In this document: positions 56,492-64,000 of the stretch, piece after piece | Layout of the letters: each line of letters starts with the position of its first letter | Numbering within the stretch: position 1 is the first letter of the stretch | Origin: Cyanophora paradoxa CCMP329 | Taxonomy: Eukaryota; Plantae; Glaucophyta | Direction of reading: 5' to 3' | NCBI GenBank assembly: GCA_004431415.1 | Contig: QPMI01000645.1 | Span: 122,545-186,544 of the forward strand | Length of the DNA: 64,000 nt | Position numbers and translations under genes: made by a program | The notes under the pieces: model-generated | Told to the model about the DNA's origin: nothing | The model's database searches: none | The model's input: only the letters and a program-made list of their open reading frames with translations

Positions 56492-57322
56492 ATGGCTGAA
56501 CCACCTCCAATTGAGCGTATTGTTACAGCACAGCTTTCATTAGCTGCACCAGCTAACCACGTTCTGCAGCATGCTACTTTCGATGATGTAGAAGGTCTGC
56601 AATCAACAGAGGTTCAACCTACGATGAACACCTTCGGTTCCACCCATAAACTGAGATTGCAGGAACTCAGGTGCGATAAAAATAATGGTATAGTTAAGAC
56701 CACGAAATTACTTGTAACTAATGCGAATTTTAGTGCCCATTATGGTGATCCAGACAGTTATGGCGCCCCTCTTTCGACTTATTCTTTCGAGTCTAGGTCA
56801 GAGCTATTAACTGCAAGACGGGGGGAGCATATATTGGTGATGGTTTGCGGGTTGGTGGAGCTGTTGGTGCTCCTCTCTTTGTTAATGATCAACCAAACCC
56901 TATTGATCCTAACACGAGAATTCGAACCTATTTGCCAAGTATGAATGCACCATATATTATAAAGATCTTCCCAATCGTTGTTAATGAGCAGACATCAGTA
57001 GTTGATTCTCTTGTGGAAATTGGTGACCACTACAAGGTGGTTGTTGATATCCCTCCAGACGTCTACGCTGTTTGTCAAGTAGAGGGTGGAACCCCAAACA
57101 TTGCTGTGGTGATTACTCCATATGATAATTTCGGATCGCTTATCATGGTGTAAATTTCGGCCTTGAAGACTACCAGTTCTTGGTGAGAGCTACAAAATTC
57201 GGTATTTATAAATGCATTCTCTATGCAGAAAGAACCGATGCTATCGCAAGGCAGAATACCTATGCGGAGTACTACGGCACTAATAGGTACTTCCCATTTT
57301 CGGACAGGATACTGCCCCGTAG
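56492..57322 (+). CDS. Spike-family paralogue B (frameshifted)
   Basis: Protein nearly identical to 17155-17988. Confidence 0.8.
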
Positions 57323-57357
57323 AGAATATCCCTAATTATTTGCCGAGACCTCTGATA

Positions 57358-57600
57358 ATGGCCTCATGTCTTGCAGGAGTGTTTGAGTTGCTGCGTCACT
57401 TCCATTCGCATGCTCGCCTACAGTCGCATTGTTGTACAGCGGATTTAGATCTTTCTTTTGGAGGTGATCATGACAGCAACAGCGCCAACCGTGAAGCTGA
57501 ACTCGAAGCTCTTCAGCACGTAGAAGATCCAGCACCGCCCGGTGTGCACTACCAGAGGGCCGCTCCGTCAATAATGTACCATCTATATCAGGATGCTTGA
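57358..57600 (+). CDS. Small SxCC-motif protein, 80 aa
   Basis: MASCLAGVFELLRHFHSHARLQSHCCTADLDLSF followed by an acidic tail. Confidence 0.55.
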   Translation: MASCLAGVFELLRHFHSHARLQSHCCTADLDLSFGGDHDSNSANREAELEALQHVEDPAPPGVHYQRAAPSIMYHLYQDA

Positions 57601-57694
57601 AGGCTCGCTGAGGTGGCCTCGACATCATTTTGTTTGCTTTTGAAAAAAAGAAACAGGACAGCCAGCCGTTTCAAACACATAGATAGCTTTTTAT

Positions 57695-58194
57695 TTACGC
57701 CCTGTTTTCAATTGGGAAATTAAGACGTAGAAAAGGCCAGTCTGCCTCTGCAGTGTGCTCAAGTAGATACTGATCTCGAGCTCTGGCTGCTTCCTCCGCT
57801 GTGGAGAAGCATCCAACATCGATTGTTTTTCTATTTTTGCCAATGGTAGCAACCCATCTGCTTTTCGATCTGTTGTAACTCACTCCAAGGAATCCGCTGG
57901 TGTTATTCGAATTCTTGTCTCGATGCATTCGGTGCTGCTGTTTTGTTACGAACTTTAGATTATCTCTGCGACATCCAGTTTATCCCGCTGACACAGAGGA
58001 TGCTATGATCTGCAGGAGCTTTCCCCTTCACCAGATCTCTAAATTTCTTATGCCATCTCTCTCAGGGTGGAATGCTACTGGATAGCCATTCGAGTCTATG
58101 TAGAACCTCAGACCAGAGAATTTCTCCTCGTCATCTTCGAGATTAGCACTGAGTGCACTGTGTTTGGTGTCTTCACCTGAATTGCAGAGTCCAT
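57695..58194 (-). CDS. Second HNH-AP2 endonuclease (frameshifted or degenerate)
   Basis: NNTSGFLGVSY..RWVATI..VGCFSTAEEAARARD..PFLRLNF; paralogue of 44142-44711. Confidence 0.75.
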
Positions 58195-58260
58195 GTATCT
58201 TCCTTTCGATAATATAAGAGATTGTGTTCTCTTTATGTCATACACACCTTTCATATTAAA

Positions 58261-58573
58261 CCGGGAATTTCTAGTGCGGCCTCTCAGTGGACACTAGAAT
58301 GCCTAAGCTCATACCCTAAAGTGAATTCCCAATCAGCCTCAAAGGCTCTCCGTTAGCTACCTCCTCGAAGCTAAATCGAATTTTATTTTCAACCCCTAAG
58401 GTACCCACGCACACGCCCTCCGGCACGTAATAGCAGAGGGAAACGTGTAAAACGATTTTGGTACACGCACGGCAAAATCAGATCGATCTAGTGAGGGGAA
58501 GACGCTAAATACCCATGGAACCGCGGCCGGAGCGAAGCGAAGTGGCCGTAAGCGGGTCCATGGGTGTACAACA
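58261..58573 (-). repeat. Right TIR (313 bp)
   Basis: Ends ...GGGTGTACAACA; inverted match to 37147-37492. Confidence 0.97.
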
Positions 58574-59109
58574 TGCGTTTGTACATATAGAGCGGCATAT
58601 ACATGGAAGCTCGATCATCGAGGATAATGAATGGAATTGCCCGGCTGCCTCTAATCGATTATGGGATGCGCAGGAGGCGCTGGCGTACTACTCGCGCTTC
58701 CAGATGGACACGAACGCCATCATCACGATGGCCGTAGTCGAGGGGCTGGTTGCGTGCTTAATTATATAAGCTTTGATTCGGGCTACTGTAAACTTGAAGA
58801 CGCCCGAAAACTCTTAGTACTATCAGTATGCAGCACACTAAATATTTCTAGCTCTATTCGGATTCGGACTGCTTGTTATCGATTCGGACTGCTGTAAATA
58901 TTAATCGCACCAAACCTTTTTAGTACTGTAAATATTAATGTGCAGCGTACTTTATATTTCTAGTTCTGCTGCAGCAGCTTCATTCGGATCCGATATGTAC
59001 CGATTATCCACGGCGACAATTGCGGTGCCGACACCGATGCTAGATACTAAACGTGGTTTCTAGTTTCTAGTTCGACGGTTTCTCTATCCTAAATATATAC
59101 TATACTAAT

Positions 59110-60365
59110 GCGCGCCAGGGCCTCGCTTCCTGACGGGCCGCGACGTGCGGGCCGAGGCGCTGGTGGACCGAGCGCGGCGGGCATCGCTCGAGACGGCGCG
59201 CGGGGCCTATGACGAAGGAGACCGTCCGCATGCTCGACGCCGTCCTCAGGTCGCGCACTTAGGCGTACCGAAATTCGTTCGATCCCGAAATTCGTTCGAT
59301 CCCGACGCCGTCCTCAGCTGGCGGGCCGGCGACGTGCCCGCCGCCGCCGCCGCCGTCGAGGCGACGCTCGCCTTCTGGCGCACCCAGGTCCGTCGGGATC
59401 GAACGATTTTCGGGATCGAACGATTTCGGGATCGACGCCGTCGCAGCCTTTTGCTGAGCGTGGTCGCCGCGCGCGCAGGTCGCCACTGCAATCTGGAACT
59501 GCATGCGTGCGCTCCGGATACCCGCCCCGCCCCGCCCCGCCCCGCCCGTGCTTCGGCTATGAACCATGAACCGCCCCGCACGCAGCGGCGATGCTAATCG
59601 CTCTGGACTTTGCGCTCTGGTGGCGGTGGACTCGCGCCGCCGCTGGCGGCCCTCGAGCCGGGGCCCCGCGGCCGCGGCCGCCCGCCCCGATCGAGATCGA
59701 GAGCCGCTCCTGCGGCGCCTCCTCTGCCTGGGCCCCGCCGCCCACGCCGCCCCGCCTCCGCTGTCTTTCCCGCTCCGGTCGGGCGGCGCCCGAGCCTCGC
59801 GGCCAACTCCAGCACCTCGTCCTCCTTCTTCTTCTTCGCCGGCCCCGCCGCTCCAGCCTCGCCACCACCTCCTCCACGCGCCCCGAGCTCCAGCGCCGTC
59901 CACGTGCACCCGCGGCCAGCGCCGACGGCGATACCGACGGCGCCGACGCGGCGCCGGTGCGATGCCGGCGCCGTGGCGACGCCCGTCACGGCGGAGGCGG
60001 CCGCGGCGGAGGCGGCGCGCGCGGCGGCCCTCGCCCGCACCGCCGTCGGCCTGGTCGAGCGGATGGCGCCGCGCTGGCTCCCCGCCCTCGCCCTTCGCGC
60101 AGCTCGCGCGAGCGCTGGACCCCGACGCGCCGGCCCGCGGCGCCTGTCGCTCCTGCGGACCGCCCGGGACGCCTTCGTGCGGGCGGCCTGCAGCCCTGGG
60201 TCGCCCTGTCTTCACTCTGGCTCGCCCGCTGCGAGCCCGAGCCCGACGACGCGGCGGAGGCGGCGGCGGCGGCGCGCCGCGTCGCCGCGAGACGGGCCTC
60301 CGACTCCCGCCAGCGAAGACGGGGGCCAAGAGGGGTACCGACGAGTAATCTCCCTCTGGGTGTAG
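59110..60365 (+). CDS. Host GC-rich multi-exon gene of unknown function; boundaries approximate
   Basis: Ala-rich helical exon-like blocks with GT-AG boundaries. Confidence 0.35.
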
Positions 60366-60999
60366 CTTGTGTCTAAATATAGCTAGCTCCATATTAACGC
60401 GGGGGCGCGCGCCCCGTCTCCCGCGACGTAGTCTAGATCTTCCAATTTGCAGGTCTCTTCTCGATCAGTACTAGTACCGTAAGTAGTACGTCGATCCTTT
60501 TTTTATGTCGTTTTTTTCGGCTCTTTAATTTGTCTGGTCGTTCTTCGTACTCTTAATCTTGTCTTAGTTATTTTGCTTTTTTTTGTCCTGTGCCCCTTGG
60601 CAGCCCCGCAGTGCTGGTGTCTAGAGCCTGTGGCCGGTAACTCACCAAAACAAAAAAGAGGAATGCAAATCGCCTCTTGCGCAGTTTGATTTCCGCGCCC
60701 CCTGCGCATGCGCAATTTCGCGGTAGAATTTATGCGAGAGAATTAGGTCCCTCGCGGGTGTGGCGGAGGCGCTAGGCGTGCTTCCGTTCAAGAAGCGGCG
60801 GCGTCCCCCGTTCGCGGGGCGCAGAAATGCGCGCGCCTCGCGGGCGCTGTCGTACGTCAGTTCCCGTGCGCATGCGCAATTTCGCGCAGTCTCGCGCCAT
60901 GGATTCGGAGCCCTCGCCTGTATGCATGCCACAGGCCGGCGAGGCCCTCGCGAAAGGATCCAGACTCGAGCGGGGCGAGTTGAACAGTTGAACCAACAT

Positions 61000-63946
61000 G
61001 TGCAAGAAAATTTAAAGAGACCAATACTGTAACCACTACATACAAGGGATCACCCGGCCGTTCACAGGCTAGGGCGGCGAGGGGGACGTCGGCGGGGCGG
61101 AGGCCGAGGGCGTCCCGCAGCCCGAGCGCCGCCCCCGCCCCCGCCGGCCCCGCCCTCCCCGCCGCATCGAGAAGCGCCCCCGCGACCTCCACGTACCCTT
61201 TCTGCTCTGTTTTCGGTGCGGGAAAGAGCGGCGGGCGACTGCGCGGGCGCACGCGGCAGGCGATGTGGAGGGGCGTCGCGCCGAACTTGTCCTGCGCGCA
61301 GAGCGCGGCGGCCGCCTGCGGCGAGTCCAGCATCGCCCGGAGGAGCGCGCCGACCTTGCCGCCCATCGCCGCGACGTGCAGCTGCGGGCGGGCGGGGGGA
61401 GCGTGAGGCGCGGGGGCCGTCGGCAGAGGCCGACAGATCGGAGCGCGCACGGGGGTGCGGCCGGCGGCGTCGGGGCGAGCAGGTCGGAGGCGGCGACGAA
61501 GGCGCGGGCGGCCTCCTCCAGATCGCCCCGCGCGCCCGCCCACTCCTCCCGCAGCTGCCGCGCGTGGGCGTGCAGCGGCGTCTCGCCGGCGACATTGCGG
61601 AGGGCGGCCGCCGCGGGGCACGCCCCCGCGAGCTCCCGCAGGAGGGCGAGGCCCCCAGGGCCCCTGAAGGCGGCGCTCAGGTGAAGCGCCCCGTTCCCCT
61701 CCGCATCCTGCGCCCCGCTCGGCGGTCTGGGGCGAAGGGGGCAAGGGGCGGGCGGGCGGGGCAGGCCTGGGCGGCGGGGTCCGAGTGCGGGAGGAGGCCC
61801 CGGGCGACGGCGAAGCGGCCGGCACGGCAGGCGAGCATCAGCGGCGTCCGCCCTGCCCGCGCCGCGCCTCAGAATCAGCAGAATCAAGGGCAGGGGCGGG
61901 CGGGCGGGCCTTCGGGATCGCGGAGGGCGCAGGCGGCGCGGGGATCGCCCAGGGCGGCGAGGGCGGCGGGCAGCGCGTCCTCGCTCAGCGTCGTCGCCGC
62001 CTGCCGCACAGCGAGGAACAACGGATTCGGGATCGACCGAAGATTCGGGATCGACCGAAGATTCGGGATCGACGGTGCACGCACGTAGTGGATCGGCGCC
62101 AGGCCGAGCGCGTCGAAGAGCTCCGCGCGGGCGCCCCGCGCGTGCAGCATCTCGACAACCTTCAACCGCAGGTTCCTCCGTAGCTCGCGATCGCGGCTGC
62201 GTGATCGCGAATCCGCTTTTTCGCTGGTCTCGCTTGGGGAGGCGGTGGCGAGGAAGACGGGGGAGGGCTGGCCGGGCGGGGCGCGGTGCACGTCGACCCC
62301 GGGGGCCTCCAGCAGCAGCTCCGCCGTCCCCCAGTCCCGCTCCGCGCACGCGTGCCACAGCGCCGTCCTGCGCAGGCGTCAGCACCTTGGCAGATCGTTT
62401 GGTGGGCTGTTAGAAATTGCGCACCGCCCGTCCGACGAAGCCGCGTTCACGTCGACTTCGGGCCGGCTCAAAAACAGCTGCGGCCAAGATACACAGGCTT
62501 TGAGTCAGGCGGTCTAAGAGCAAAGGGAACTTTAGCGCCCGCAGATCAATATTCGAACCTTGATCGCATCGGACCACAATTTCTCGGTCTCGCTGTCCGG
62601 CCCGTACTTGGAGAGCACCTTGGCCTTGCCTCTAACGGCGAGGTAGAGGGGCGCGTTCCCGTCCCGGTCCGCGAGGCCAGCGTTTAGCTCCGGCCGCTCT
62701 AGAAGGGGGTATAAGCAAAGTATTTTAGATCTAGATATCTTGCACGCACCGAACAACTTCGACAGCGTCTCGAATAATATGTAGTCGTACGCACGCATTG
62801 CTAGATCCTCGTTGAGGAGAACGTGCAGCGGGGTCAGGCCTTCGTTGTTGACGGCGTTCACGTCGGTGGAGCGCTCGAGGACGGCGAGGAACGTCGGGGT
62901 GTCCGTGCGGACGGCGTAATGCAGGGCCGTGCAGCCGTACTGGTCGCGGGCGTTCAGGTCGAGCCCCGGGACCGACAAAGTCACGTGCCACATGCACGCG
63001 ATGCGGCTGCCCTCGGCCTCGTCGTACTCTTTGTGCTGCGCCTGGGCGGCCTGCTGTCTCATGTAGGAGGCCACATCGCTGAACGGAGCGTTCGCTTGGG
63101 GGCGGCGATCGGGACTGGAAGCGTCGTCCGTGCAGCGAAAGGCGCTGGGCCCTGCAGACGCGCTGGTGCCAGCTGCAGGCTTGAGCGACGGGAAGGCGTG
63201 GGCGGGGTCGGCCCCGGGGAGCGCGAGGAGGGCCCGGACGAGGCCCATCGCCCCAGCCTCGACGGCCTCCCGCAGCAGCTTCGCCGCCGTGTCGCCCCAC
63301 TCGATCGCGCCGGCCTCCACCAGAGCCAAGATGCCGCCCTCCAGCCGCTTAAACTTCGTCCCCGAACACCGGGACAGGAAGTGGCACCAGTACTGCTTGA
63401 CCGCGCGGTCGAGGGGCGAGATCGGCCCCGCCTGCGTCAGCTCGTCAAAACTCGTAAATCATTATAATTATCTCAATGGGGCCTAAAGCTAAAATTATTC
63501 CATGAACGATGCATATCGATGCCCGGCCTTTCAGACTCCGGGGCCAACTTCGGGCACCTTTGACATGGATGAGGCTCGGGTGGCGCGCAGAAGCGCCCTC
63601 ACGACCTCGAGACCGTGATCCTCGCCGCGCGTGCACGCGCGCATCGCGGCAAAGAGGGCGTTGTCCCCGTACCCGTTCTGGGCAGCCCTCGTTCAGATAC
63701 ATACGACGAGGAGAGCGAGCGCTGCTTGAAGGTAGCCGAAGAGAGATTAACTGCAAGCTTAAGCACCTGGAGAAAGGGGTCGGAGCCGAGGGCGAGAAGG
63801 ACCGAGACGGCTGTTTCGTGGCCGCGTGCCGCGTGGGCGTGCAGTGGCGTCGCCCTCCGACGCGTCCAAGTCCGCGCGTTCGCGAGCGGCGCGAGCCCCA
63901 GCGAGCGCAGCCGCTGCGGCATTGGCGTGAGGGGCTGATAAATCAA
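61000..63946 (-). CDS. Host multi-exon ankyrin-repeat protein gene (probably continues beyond the window)
   Basis: ATPLHAHAARGH, DQYGCTALHYAV, NEGLTPLHVLL, AEGNGALHL, AGETPLHAHA, KFGATPLHIAC. Confidence 0.85.
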
Positions 63947-64000
63947 ATATGAGCATTTGCAATTGCCAGCTTAATATCAATCGCAAGCTCGAAGTTTGAG

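Larger units (their letters stand above)
37147..58573 (+). mobile_element. Endogenous Polinton-like virus, element 2, apparently full length (21,427 bp)
   Basis: TIRs with TGTTGTACACCC termini; pPolB, rve integrase, ATPase, MCP, pentons; lower GC than flanks. Confidence 0.95.

Noticed and set aside
38880-57322. Programmed ribosomal frameshifting or wholesale pseudogenisation of viral genes
   Set aside because: Break positions differ between orthologues, and the TIRs show the same homopolymer indels; sequencing error is the simpler explanation, though not proven
58515-58769. ORFs crossing the TIR/host junctions (also 36667-37179 and 37010-37207)
   Set aside because: Chance read-through from TIR sequence into host DNA
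58574-59100. Missing 5' half of the subtilisin gene
   Set aside because: No minus-strand D(T/S)G motif or in-frame continuation was visible
60703-60887. Repeated TGCGCATGCGCAATTTCGCG as a regulatory site
   Set aside because: Only two copies, lying between apparently convergent 3' ends; no supporting evidence

Overview
The window is GC-rich, intron-containing eukaryotic (protist/algal) DNA interrupted by two AT-richer endogenous Polinton-like viruses (PLVs) of one family, in the same orientation and about 18 kb apart. Element 1 (1 to ~19.07 kb) is missing its left part. It encodes a packaging ATPase, a major capsid protein (MCP), two penton-like proteins, a patatin/F5-8 lipase, a 2245-aa fibre, paralogous spike-like proteins, endonuclease inserts and an AdoMet-decarboxylase (SpeD)-like gene. 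Element 2 (37147-58573, 21.4 kb) looks complete. It has 313/346-bp terminal inverted repeats (TIRs) with TG...CA ends, a 0.93-kb two-unit tandem array, protein-primed PolB, an rve integrase, the same structural gene order and no recognisable capsid-maturation protease. It has no target-site duplication, and it cuts a host subtilisin gene whose 5' half is not on the other flank. Element 2 also carries at least five copies of a tiny GC-rich double-hairpin insertion; one is present in only one TIR and two are in frame in genes. The two viruses share near-identical tracts in fibre/spike genes although their capsids are divergent. Host DNA holds a tandemly duplicated Zn-finger/RING gene, a subtilisin gene and an ankyrin-repeat gene. 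Most frameshifts look like homopolymer sequencing indels. All family assignments rest on motif recognition by eye; no searches were run.
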